A stretch of 64,000 nt of DNA from NCBI GenBank assembly GCA_000934665.2, contig JYFJ02000987.1, forward strand, positions 1-64,000, in the 5' to 3' direction. The notes beneath the pieces were generated by a model, which was given only the letters and a program-made list of their open reading frames with translations, was not told the origin of the DNA and ran no database searches. The position numbers and the translations under genes are program-made. Source of the DNA: Catajapyx aquilonaris (lineage: Eukaryota). Below are positions 10,202 through 24,019 of the stretch, piece by piece (within the stretch, counting starts at the first letter, position 1; each line of letters opens with the position of its first letter).

Positions 10202-12120
10202 CAGCACTTGTAAAAAGACTGAATTTCTATCATGCAACACTTCTGGAACAATTTATGTCCTTGGCCTAATTGGTTACATCCATGGTTACCATCCCTGTGG
10301 TTACTAAGCATAATAGAGAAACCAACCATTGTTAGAAAGTACACTTTATTGATCTTTGTCTGAAAAGAGCTATACAACCCTACAGTAACTTCTACGAAAT
10401 ATAAATTATCTCATTAGCAAATGTCAACAGGATATCTTTTCGTATTTGCCCTTAGAGCAAAAGCCCAGTTCCAATTTTGTCGTTGAGATTCATTCATTAT
10501 TTTTTTATTTGCGGTAAACCCATGGAATGCCTGTTACAAACTACACGACTATGGATAAACAAGATCTGTTTGGATGCTGTTAACACAAATGTCTTGAGGT
10601 ATTTTAATGTGCCGTAGAAAGAAAAATGAGGGTGACAGCAAGACTTAATGGCACCATGGCCAACATTTCTGTGGACGGCTTAATGGATCGTGTAAAACAC
10701 ACATACTTGAGAACAATTATATATATAAAAAAAACAAAGTCACACTTCGTATTCACACAGACTCTCCAAATAATTGGTACAGATCATTAAAAAAAAAGAG
10801 ATTCGCATTCTCTTCTCAACTTCCACCATTATTGCTCCACTTCAAGGTACACATCTGACTTTCCCCATATTGATTTAGTAAAAAAAAGTGCAGATTCCCA
10901 CCAATTAAGGATGGATTACTTATTTCTTTTCACATAATACCTTTTCTCACACAAAAATAATTTTATACAATTCCTTTCGCTGTCGTTTCCGACCTTTAAA
11001 TCTTTACATATTTTCCACGTGCCTTCGAAGATTTCATTTTGATTGGCTAGGAGCTGCCATATTTCAGCTGCCCTACTTTTTCTCGCCTTCTTTTCAGAAG
11101 ATCATTTTCTATTTACTTTTCTGAGCAGGGAGGCTGCACAAGATTAATCTCTAAAAGAATCACTATGCACATGAGATGATAAACAAAAAATCAACCTTGA
11201 GCAAAAATGAAACCCGTTGCAAACACAGTCAAAGATTGTTTAGGCAAAGAGTCAGCAAATAACACAATATCATGTATAAATCTGGTTTGGTGCCATTAAG
11301 TAATTATTGATGTGATTCATCCTAAAACTGGAATAAGTTTAATGGTTCCAGTTGATGGGCACTTAATTTCTTTTACAAACCAGAGAATCTGCTCACAATC
11401 AATACATGCACTAAGTGCAAGTTGGAGGATGAATCATTTCAAACCGTATGAAACATAATTCTAGTAAAAGCAGAAGAAAAAGAACAATCAAATTCAGTTC
11501 AGTCGTGCACCAGTTAAATGGTTGGCTATTCTGGTGTCCATTCCAGCAATTTTTTGTACCAACTAACCTTAAAATTAGGCATAAGTACCGTACCATTCAC
11601 CTTAGGAATTAAAAACAAGAAGGGGTGGGGGTGCAGGTGTGTTCACAACGGGTATTCTTTAAAAAACCTCTCCCTGACACACCAATCACTGTGCAAAAAG
11701 AAATTGGCAGTGGCACTTGGCTCAGCATGAGATTCACTTATCCAATCTTAGAAGGCAAGGTATACAAATTGTAAACTTAAAAAATTACAAAACATGATTG
11801 TTTTTTGTAAAAAAAAAAAAAAAGGAGCTTCCAACATAACAGGGTGGGGAGGAGTTTGGGGTATACAAGTTTCAAAAAGTGCATTTTTTTGGTCCTTCAT
11901 TATGTACAGATATGGATCATGTTGTCTATTCGTGGAAGCACAAGAGTCTTCTGAACACAACCCCCTCTTTGTATCCAAGGGTCTATCCCAAATATGGCAT
12001 ATACTGGCAATGTGCTTCCGGTTCTTTTGGTCTCTCTCACACAGTTTGGCCCTGGTCGCTCCCATTGTTGTGGTAAAAACTTGTCACTTCTCTGTAAGTC
12101 CTGAGCTGCCATGTGCTGAT

Positions 12121-15100
12121 TCAAAAGTGAGCGAACCCATACCTGAGAGCACAAAGAACTGCACTTGAGAGGAGAAGAAAGAGGGGGCTTAAACTCTCCC
12201 TTGGGTGGGCTCGGTTGTAGATGGGGCAGTATGGACACTGGTAGCTGCCACACACTTGACAGATGTCCAGTGAGTACGTGTCAAATGCATCAAATATAAT
12301 CTCCTTGAAGCGTTCTGCAAAGTATAAAAGTTTGGTTGTCATTGTTGCAGTAAAATGTGCTCAAGGCATCACAAGAAGAGAATAAACCTGATATTCACCT
12401 GGTGCATAATAATCGTACACCTTTATAGGAAGGTACCGTGTCATGTTGGCAACAGGGTACCATCGTTCCACAGTGAAGTTGACACAAATGTGGTCTTGGT
12501 CAAGCTGAAATGGAGGTACAAAAAATCATTACTCCCTGGTGCCCCTACAACAAGATGGAAAGAGGTTCCAGAAGGCGTCTCCTCATGTTACAGACATGCC
12601 ATACATTGACACAGAATTATATTTGTGTGGCGCCATTTGGTATCAGTGAATATATGAAGGCATGTAACACACTGTAACCCATATGAATCTTCCCATCCAA
12701 ACATACAGAATAATATCAAGCCATCATGACGAGTTGGTCCAAATGCAATAGGGCAGGTGGAGAAAGCAGCAGAAGAGTGGTAAGAGACATTGAGGTACCG
12801 GTACTCACATAATCAAAGTAGAAGAAGACCTTTTGCTCAGTATATCTGGCACGACGCAAGTTCCGAACCCTATTGGACAGTACATACTTATCCAGCCGTT
12901 GCTGCTGCATATAATAGCCAGTGGGAATGCTCACTTCAAGCACTGCCATTCCTGATCGGTCGCTCTCATTCAAATGAATCCACCTTGGAAAAAATAAAAC
13001 ATCTATTATGTTTCTTTTTGTGTAATTATCTGGTCTAATTTGTTAGGTATTTCCTATGCCACAAAACAATAACATGATTGTATTATTATTCCCTCATTGA
13101 AGGACTTTTGGCTATGAATGCTGCATGCTTCAATTTGTACTGAAAATCCAGCACTTTCAATTGGGACTCCCCCCACCCGCCAATACACAATATCATGCCC
13201 CTCTCAAACATCTTATCAGCACGCTAAAATCCCCACTCAGCCTCCAAACTTACTTTTGGCAACTTCTGTAGAGAATGTGTGATGCGTTTCTCCCGTAAAA
13301 ACTGGCCCTAGTATCCAGCTGGAATGCAGGAACTGGAGGTGGTGTCATAAATACATTCTTATCTACATTGTACTGTGAGCTCATCTGCAGGATAGCATAA
13401 CCTGCTCCTTTTGCCTCAACTTTAACTGTTCCCCAAGCACCAGGTATCTCCAAAATTTGCCTCTGTGCCAAGTTATTCTGGTCTATGTGGATGGTCTTGA
13501 TCACTCCAGGAAGTGCAACTGATTCAATGCTGACAGTCAGGGTCGTGACATCTCGAATACGTGACCGTACAGTGTAATCAATCAATCCCCGCATGGCTGC
13601 TGCAGTGTCTTGGGTAGATGACCACCCACCATCATGCAATCTTTGACTGTTCAGCCACTTGACTATGGGATCAATAAACATCTCTTGTCGCAGATTGTAA
13701 ACCATAAGAGCATAGGCAGTAGTTTCCACATTGGCAGAGTCATGATTGAATGGGAGTCTTGGAAGAAGGAAGGGCTTGTTATTCTCCAGCTTAAAGGAAG
13801 GGAGTGGCACTGCATCATCTCCCCAGTAGATGTATCCACCCTCACGCCGAGCGTGCTTGGCAAGGATTCCAAAAGCTTCATCACCCTTTGCACTCTTGCT
13901 GATCAGGAGGGCGTACGATACTATGGCTGCCTCATATGGGCTGTGGGAAAGAGTGTTCATCACATTATAAGATTAACAAATCATATGCCATTAACATAAT
14001 ATTAAGAGTACAGGGTGTTCAAAAGTTTCTGTGAAAAAGTGTGCCGGAGCATTTCAAGCCTAGTAGCATGTGTCCTTCCATCACCTATTTGCCACCCACT
14101 CACTCATTTTCCAAAGTGAAACAGCCTTAACCCTGGGACGGTGACGTGGACACTTTTTGTGACCAACGCCACTATTTTCGCTATAACATTGAAAATCTAC
14201 CACATCTGAGCTTCATCTTTTAGGACATCTTAGTTTGATTCCTTTTGTAATTAATGGCATTAGTTGAAATTTTTAGAGTAAATAGCACGATCACGAAAAA
14301 AATAATTATGTACCGATTCTAGTTGAGGTCAAGACTGCATTCCATCAATTCCTGATTTACAGAGGGGGGACCTGAGCTTATCAGTACTGATAAGCTCAGG
14401 TACCCCCTCTGGAAAGCTTAGTAATTCATGAAGCCAGCTCTGGTTTTGGACTTTCAAAAGGAAACTGGTTCCGCCTAGGCATTATGGCCCCAAATACGCA
14501 TCAGTGCATAATTGATTTTTTTAACGATAGTACTATCTGCTCAGAAATTACAAACTAAATGCCATTCATCGTATAATGAATCAACCCAAGATTGTTTCAA
14601 AGGTGAAGTCCACATGTGCTATATTTTCCACGTTATAACAAAAATTGTGACTTGGTCACAAAAAGTGCCCACATCACCGGAGGAAGAACTTCTTGCATGT
14701 CACCGTCCTAGGGTTAACAGAATAAAAATAGCCTATCTGGCAATTATTTTTTTTAAATTAATTTGAGGGATTGCACCATGTATTGTATCACTGCATCAGG
14801 TTTACAATCACCACAATTCAATTTCAGGGTAGCAGGTTAACAGTAGCTTCATTTAAATGACTGAAACATTTAATGAGTGTATGCCTACCTTCCAAATGCA
14901 TCCAGCAAATTGAGGTTGACTTCTAGCCAGTGCATGGCTCTTGCCTTGGCCCAAGAGACTCTTGGCCCAACCTCTCCTGGCAGGTTTTTAGCTTGTTGAA
15001 GTGTCACCAATACATGTGCAGTCAGGGAAATGTTTCTAAACCTAATGTGGTCCCGTGGCCAGTTGAGTGTTGAATTGACTTTCCTGTCAGCAAACCAAGG

Positions 15101-17522
15101 GGCCACCTCCATGAAGGCCCCATCATCATTCTGAAATTGCAGTAGCCAGCCAACTGCTCTTGAAATGACCTCTGGGTCAATGTAGAGGTAGTTTTCCCAC
15201 TCATTGAATGAGGCTTCTTGAAAAACTCTTGCAATATATGCTGTTAGCCACACACTCGACTCAGAATTGTTCCAGTCTGATCGGAAGAAAGAAAATGATC
15301 CATCAGGCTGCTGGAAGGACAGCTGCCGTTGGTAGGCAAGGTTCATCTGGTGAAAAGCTTCCTTATTGATGCGGCGGTGGTCTTGATTTGTCAGTCGCAT
15401 GTACATTGCAGTGTACACACTTGCAGCAAATCCAAACATGTTCTGTTCAGCACAGTCCTATGGACAAAATAATGACAAAATGTTTGAGTAGTTGACCTTG
15501 TAAAACCAGTTTGTTCAAATTTTACCTTTAAACAAAATAAACATGAATACATGTAGAAGAAAAAGAATCTAATATTAATAATCTCTCCTTACCATAGGAA
15601 GGCTGAGGACTGAGGTTGAGTTGACAGGCAGGGTTGGAAATGCTGGGCCAACAATGTCTCCCACAACAGAGATGACAGCTTTGTTGGACCCATACACATA
15701 GTACCGGTCATATTCATATGGAATGATAGGTGTCTCAGATATATTGACATGCATGAACTGGAAGACATATGCCCTATTGCTGAGGTCGAGAAGCACGGCA
15801 GAGTGTCTAAATTGAGGAACTCCATCTGGCTCTACTCTCAATAACCGTGTGACCTGGTCCCTTGCAATGAGTGCATGTGCTTTCACAGTGACGCTGATCT
15901 CTCCCAGTCTAGTTGGGACTATGGGGAAGTATACCACAGTAGCATCCTGCGGTGCAATCCACACTAGAACTTGGTGCTCTCCAAAGTATGTGCGGGGATT
16001 GTATGATTGAACCTGTATAGAGTAGATAAAGTTTCACTGTATTGTTGACAAACAACTTTCACTAACACTAGTCAACAATGATTTTGGCACATGAACAATT
16101 TTAGCTCTTTCTAATACATTCATATGCGCAGATTCCAAATATGAAGTCAGAAAGTGTCCATCACCCTCAATTTTTTTTGTAACAGCCATACCTTATTTTG
16201 CAGAAAGTACACTGCACATTGCTCAATATAACTAACATATAGTCAACAATGGTTTTGTTAATTGTGCCATTTTCACTTTTTATTAGTATGTGCTGATTTT
16301 AAATTTGAAGTCAAACTGTTTCCATTGGCATCCCTTTTCTTGTAACAAGCGTACATTTTTTTCTAGAATTACTGCACACTGCTCATGTCACCAACTCACC
16401 ATATGCCATTTTTTTTGAAACATTATTACATGAGGATTTTGGTATAGCTACAATGGGAGCATAATAGGTAATCCATTAGCTAAGCCATATTAGTCATTAC
16501 GTACTCACAAATTCATTTCAAAGTGTATGACTCTCGGATACGTTAAGAGAAGTTTTTTGATACCATAAAAATGTCAATTACTCAAAAACTGTAGGCGATG
16601 CAAAATATTGGTTAACACTATTATTTGAAATCAGCACAAACATGCCATAAGAATCGTACATTCAAGTAAGTTTACATGTGCCAGAAAAAAAGTTCATTCT
16701 GTTCCCTAGTTTCATAAATGCACAGAAGACTGAGGTTATCTTAGTGATCAAAAGCAAGATCAGTGGGAAATATTTTGTGATCCATGGAATTAATCCTTTA
16801 ATTTGTGAGAGGATTTTAAAATATCTACGATTTTCAATATTCAAAAAATAATAATTATGTGATGACAACAAATCACAGTGTTTGACAGAGACCATGCTGC
16901 ATAAGTAAGCTTCTTTAATTCAGTGAAAAAATTAGGTTATTTATCATTACAATGGCAACCAGATTTGTTAGCTCTATATCCTCTAAACCAGTGGTTCTCA
17001 GATGATTTGACTGTGTTTCACTTGTTGAGTGTAAGAGAGCGCACCATGCACTTTGGCCAATTATCTCTATAGCACTGTCATTATTTAGAAGTAAAGCTCC
17101 ATCACAGCATTCAAACTTTTGACCAGTGTGTGTACAACCAGGAGGGATCTTCAGTCCCACTTCTGGACTGTGAAAACCACTGTACTGCTCTAAACTGCCC
17201 CTTATTGGAAATAAGAAGCAGCATATGCAACATTGAGTTTTTTTGTTTTTTGTTTTAAATCAGCTAAAATGTAAAATTAAGCTCTGAATAAAAATACATA
17301 CTATTCCATATGCTTCAATGACCACGAACTTGTAGTCTGGTGAATTTGCAAGAATAACCATTGGTTCTACATGTTCTGTCATGTAGTTGAAAATGGTCAC
17401 ACGTATACCAACTTGCTCCCCTTGGCGACACTGATTTGGCATCTCCACATCAATGAAGAAAGGCCGCACCCCTGAATACTATGGAAAGAAGAAATTTTAA
17501 TTAATACCCTTTTATGCCACCA

Positions 17523-17587
<65 letters not shown>

Positions 17588-20500
17588 CGTCATTATCATC
17601 ACGGAATATTTCCACATAAAAAGAGGGCCTTGGTGATGTAAATATGGGAAAACCTACACTTTCATAAATATGGAGCCTACTTCTACGATGGTAATTTAGC
17701 AAATGAGCCTTCAACATAGCTCTGGAAAAGACTCAACCTCATATTATTTTATTATTTATTATTACCCTATAAAAGCCCCTCACTTACAGTCCCTCTTACC
17801 CTAAATTGCTTTGGATTATTCTACTAAATGTAACAAAACCAATATATTTTAAACCATATTTCAACTGCAAAAGATACAGCCTAGTCTGAAGAAGATTAAC
17901 AGATTCAGGCAGCAAGAGAATTTAAAAAAAATACCATGATGGGCTTCTTGATGAGCCCAAATCCAGTCTTAGGACTCATTCCAAAAGCTGATACCATCCA
18001 AAGCGCAGGTCTCCTGGGAACTGGGACAGTGAAAATGTAGTGCCCTAGTGGACCAATATTGATGTCTCTCCATAGCCACACATTCTGATACAGCCGCTCC
18101 AGGCGGTTGAACCTAAACTTCCGAAATATGGCCATCTCTGTCTTGTTGTATGTCATACCTTGTGAAGAAAAAAATAAACACCTGGTCAAATCACTAGGCC
18201 TACTGTCAAAAGATTTAACAAAATGTCAGGTCTTTCACACATACAGTATTAAGTACAATAGAGCATCGATTATCTGAATACCAATCAACTGAAACATCGG
18301 TTAACCGAAAGCGTTTGAGACAGCAAATTCAAATTTAGGCGCCATGTAGTTCTGCTAGCGGCCGCTAGTGCTGTGGTGCTGCAGCAGTTTCCCCCTCCCT
18401 GCCAACCGGCCTACATGACCAACCTCGTGGCATCAGTGGCGTGTGATACAAAATATACAGTTTTGTGTTTAATATCACAGTTTCTTTGTTTCATATTGCT
18501 CCTATGACACCTGTACAATTTTTTTCGTAAATGATTGGCTATCCAAAAAATCAGTTATCCGAACACCCCCAGTCCCCAATTGTCTCAGATAATAATCGAT
18601 GCTCTACTGTACTATACCAATTTTGCAGCTAAGGCCCCCAAAAGAAGCTGATATAAGAACCTTATTACAGTGTACAATATAATCCACAAGTAAAAATGTA
18701 AAACTTTGACTCACATTTGGACTCATCGGTGCCATCCTGGCAGTCATAGATGCCATCACATCTCTTTTCCACTCGGTAACATTGCCCTGAGAGGCATGCT
18801 GCATACCCAGCTGTATAATTGCAAAAGTCGTCTCTTCTAGCTACTACTACATCTGAGAATACAACTAATCCAGAATACCTGGAAAAAAATTAATAATTAG
18901 TATCAAACTTACTAAGCTCAAGAATCAAAAACTCACTCAAAAGTTCGGTTTGCATCAATGCCAAATGTCTGGGAAGGAAAGTAAACCACTTCCTCAGGCA
19001 TACCCTCACGAGAAGTCCACACATGAGTTAAGGTGCCATTAGAATCCTCATCAAATGTAATCATCTTGTTCAGCACCTGCATATGGACCCAGATTAATTT
19101 CAGAGGTGTAAATGAAGCACTGATTCTCCATCACAGATGCATCATAATGATAGCCAATATTGTGGAATGAACAAGAGATTGCATGCCATGTTGTTCCAGT
19201 TGAAATGCTATTAAGCTATTGCCATTACAATATAATGAAAGAATTGAAATTTATTAAGCATTTTCTTACAACCACCTGATGCTTACCTCTGCATGCGAAA
19301 TTTCATTCCCTGCCTGCATGCTGTAGAAAGCTCTGTCAATGCCAGACAGCCCCACATAGGCCCCTGGTTCACCACGAACTATGACTTCAATATAATTGCC
19401 TGTCTTTTCCTTACGATTGTTCAGTGCAACAGTGAACTGCAACAAAACAAACATAAGGTACATTACAAACTCAAATATTTGTTCTCAGTGAATAAGCAAT
19501 AAATGCTTTGTATATGTAGTTTATGACAAAACATTTCCACAAGGCCTCCAACAATTAGTGCGTAACGTCACAAACTCATCACATATTACTATGTTAAGCC
19601 AAAACTCACATTATTCCTTGAGATTCCATTGACAGGGAAGGTCAGACTGTCTGCAACAGTTTCTCCATAACGAGTAACATGATACACAACCACAGTGGCC
19701 GCAGGAGACATCTCAGCACTTAAGGTGATGGCAAATGTTTTGATGGAGGCTTGTAGCTGCTCTGTTCCAGTCAAAAGAATCATCCCTTTTGATAGGACTA
19801 TGTAGTTGAATTCCTCCAAGTAGAAATTAGTCCGCGCATGGAGTACTATGTATTCTCCCACCTGAAAGAAAATAAAGGTATTATGAAGCAAGAGATGCAT
19901 AAAATGACAAAGTACAGTAAAACCTGCTCATAGCAGATCTGAATGTAGTGGAAACTTGCCTATTACAAAATTTGTATTTGATCCTGACTTTATGTGAAAA
20001 TTTTCACATGTTCACTCCAGAACAAGGTGATTCCACTATAAACTGATGCACACCATTAACTCAGATACTATTATATGCCTTTATCTAAATAAGCAAGTGT
20101 ACTGATCACATGTAGCACAGTGCATGTAGTTTTATTGCTAGAACCTTCCACTTGGTATACTAAACTTCACTTGGTGATGGCATGACCAGGAGATGAAAAT
20201 ACAAGCATCATCATGTGATACAGAGATGGAACTGAGCATGGAAACTGAGTGGAAATACTGTAAAGGACATGTACTCATTTAATTTATATTTCTTCTTCCT
20301 AAGTTCTCTCTCCTTTTCCAGAAACAGTAATATTGCTTTTCCTAGGATAAAGTAGGGAGGTAAGAATGTGTGGTGGTAGATACTGGGTGAATGTGGGGCA
20401 GGAGAAAAAGCAGAAGCTTGCACTGCGATAAGGAATTCCATACACATCTACCTCAGTGAACATTTTGCAGCCATTCTCTCCAGTGACTTCACACTATTCC

Positions 20501-23500
20501 TACCAATGTAAGCTTGCTAGCTCACTAGAGTATATAAAACAATGAACTTTGGCAAATGGATTTCAAGACGAGAGAAGTTACCTTTCACTCCTGAATTAAG
20601 GCTAGAGTCAAAATGCAACCACATTTAAAATATTCAACAATAATATATCGAACAAAGTGCCAAAGTCAATGGAATTATAATTACATCATTGAAAACAGAC
20701 CTCATCTCTAGTTCAGTAACAACCACTAAGTACCCTACTTGCCTTAGGATTAGCAGTCGAGGTTGAAATCCCTATGTGCTTATTCCCAGGAGAGTAATGA
20801 GCATAAACCAGCAGCTCCCCATTGGCATAACGGCCTTCATTGTCACGAAAAGAAGCAGACACACGGAGGTAGCTCACATCTCTTAAGGCTTCCTGAACAC
20901 GTCTCTGGTCTGCACCTGTAAATAAGCACATTATTTGTCAAAATCACAAACTATGCGGCTGGTCTTATATGGTTTACACACGAATTTACAGAGGATTTTA
21001 AAATAAACATACACCAATAATTCATATACACACACCCAGTTCTGATTTAAGGTCCAGATCAATCTTCCAGATCCCTGGCTGGTCTGCCAACATCTTGGCC
21101 TCCCTAGCTTCTAATGTCCTCCCTCCTCCTGAGTTCATGTACACCTCAGGCCTGATCCTCATCATGCGATCCTCCATTTCAAATCCAGTTAGTGGCGACC
21201 CATCATAATATGACACTGCCACCTATTAAAATCAAGTTACAATCTGACAGCAAGACAATGCAAATGAATGGCTTACATAGCAGGTGAAAGGCATGGTGGG
21301 TTTGAACACTTGCGGAGTCCCACCCAAGAATGTTGCTTGCAAAGAGGAATTGAAGATGCGAGCCACTGCAAACCCAGATACCACTTCATCCAGGTAGTGG
21401 GCACCAACTGAGGCTGTCACCATCACTTCCATGCCATCCAGTTGTGGCACAAGACCTTCCAACTCACGCATGGAGAAGAAAAACTCGTGGCGGCCATAGA
21501 ACTGAGGAAATAAAAAAAGAAATGGTTATCATGAGAGCAATCCTTCATGACAAATGGGGACTGCCTTAATCGAATACATAAAGCATTAAGGGAGAAGCAG
21601 AGTTCCTTTAATATGCGCCTCTTTGGACTAATTCATCTCCTTAATGGCCTCCACCAGCAGGAACGGGAAGGGAGGGTAGGCAGGGAGAAGAAAAGGGGAC
21701 TGTCACCAGGGGGATAAAATTGAGGAATATCCCAGTTGTTAAGTATGTGCAACTACTGTAAGCATAACTACAGCCAGTAACCCATTTTTAGAAACTTTTT
21801 AAGCTTCTATCACTTTCTTAAATGTAGACGTATCAAATTTTGTGTGCTGCATGAATCAATTGTTGATGGCCAGTATCATGTGCCGAGTGGATTGCTGACA
21901 ATGTGCGAAGTAATATGTCTCTTTCTACAAACATTACTTTCACTACTTGATATGGGGGGAACAACAACTTCTAAAATTGGGGTTAGAAGTTGCTGTTCAC
22001 ATTCAATTCCCTACTGATTCTGGTGCTCCACATGGTTGGTACTTAATTTTCCTTTAAGATTCATGAGCATGGCAACTGCCAAATGTACTATTTTCTTTCC
22101 TAGTTCACATCATATCAGCAAGAGTCCACATACTTGGCCACCAACATGGAAATTTTGCATTGGTATTGTACAGAATGCCTAAAACTTTAGAAAGGTATTC
22201 CATAATTTATTATAAGTTTAACAATATTCTGGGAATATCATTTGATGTGTAACTTTTAACACAAAAAATGTATCCTAATTACATAGTAAAAGCTGCCTCT
22301 ATCACAGCCAATGTGCACTTTAAAAATAAAAAAATTAATTTTGTAGCTCATATTTTCAGATTTTTCTCACAAAGTTGTTTAAAGTATTTAGTAGACAAAC
22401 AAAACGATTTATCTGCATGTCACAATAATATCTGCTCACATTTGTTGATAAACTAAACTTGTGCTAAACACTTATGTAGAGTCCTACAAGCACAAAATTC
22501 TGTAGTAAAAAAATGCAGCCAAAATTGTGAATGACATTCTATGAAAAAAAAAGTAACTGACTGTAACAGCAATTTCGAAGTTTATGTGGGGTTAGAAAGA
22601 CTTCCCATACAGCCACAAAGAAGATCCCCACATACCCTCACTTACATATGGATAGAACAATCGCCTTTCTGTGTATGGATAGTAATCGCTGGAAGCATTT
22701 GTTGTCTGTAAGTAAAAGAGCCAGGAAATTCATCCATCTCCTTTTGCTGGGAAAGTGACATGTATTTGCAATATAAAATTGTTCTCCACTCTAGCATAAA
22801 TTGCTAGCAATAATTTCTGTACTCGAGATCCAATGGTAGAATTTATATGCTTTTGCATAAGCTCCTCTTCACTGCTTCATGTTATGCCATGAAGTTTAGA
22901 CATTGACACTTTAAGGCCTGGTTGTATGAACATAAGTTAAGGTTCACTAGGGAATTAGTTCATATAAAAACAACAGCTAACTCCACATTTAATATTAACT
23001 CTATGTTCATACAATGGGCCCTAAGTTGGAATCATAACCCCTCGGATGTAAATAAGGTGTCATTTTGACTTGATAGATTTGACAATGGAATACCGCTACT
23101 GTGATTGTCAAAAATTGCATGGAGCTCAAATAATTTGTTTAAAAAAAAATACTTTTTCATCTTACATAGGGCATCACACTTTGCATGCTTTTTTGTAAAG
23201 GACATCAAGACTTGTTGCAGATCCTTTTTATACCATATTATCAGGGATTAATAAATTTTCTTTTGATATTACCAAGGTATCATTTTACGTGGCTATTCTG
23301 GTCACATAGTGTGGTGAGATGAATCCTTAAATAATTCCCCCATAATCAAGAAAAGAATCAGCATGCCCTGTTCAGCATGGACTGGGTCAGCAGCAATTCA
23401 CAAAAAGGAATATTAAAAACAAGCTACTGAACATAACATTGGCAGAGTGAGTACTGAAAATCCTTCTAATTACAGTAATTAATTATTCTTCAAATTTAAG

Positions 23501-23945
23501 TGAGATAATGACCATTTGTGATCATGTTCATTTAATTACCACTCTTTCCCAATATGTTGACAAAATGTTGACTATGTATACTCACATATCGATATGATGT
23601 GCTCAAAATGGGTTCACTCCCTCCATAGTTCCTGTAGGCAGGCTTGATGGGACGGATATTGGCTTGTATAGTGAGATTTCCAGAGACAGGCCCTCCACTG
23701 GTGTAGTTGGCCATAATTGTGCCATACAGAAAGCTGTCTGTGTCAAAAAAGAATGCTGGCATCGTCACGTTCACCTATACGAGAAAAAATGACATCATGA
23801 GCTTGATTCAAAATTATGAAAGTTGTAGGGTTCACAATAAAATATTCATAATATTAATATATTCCATGGAGATTTAATATGGCAATGAATATTTCTAATT
23901 ATGAATACTGATGGATATGATAATGTTACACATGTAATAAAAAGA

Positions 23946-24019
<74 letters not shown>

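Noticed and set aside
12136..12146. Donor-like CAG|GTATGG in the last Mcr exon, as a route to an Mcr/coiled-coil fusion protein
   Set aside because: It is phase 2. Joining it to the acceptor at 9968 gives AGG TAA, an immediate stop, and the coiled-coil gene has its own ATG exon at 10201-10148.
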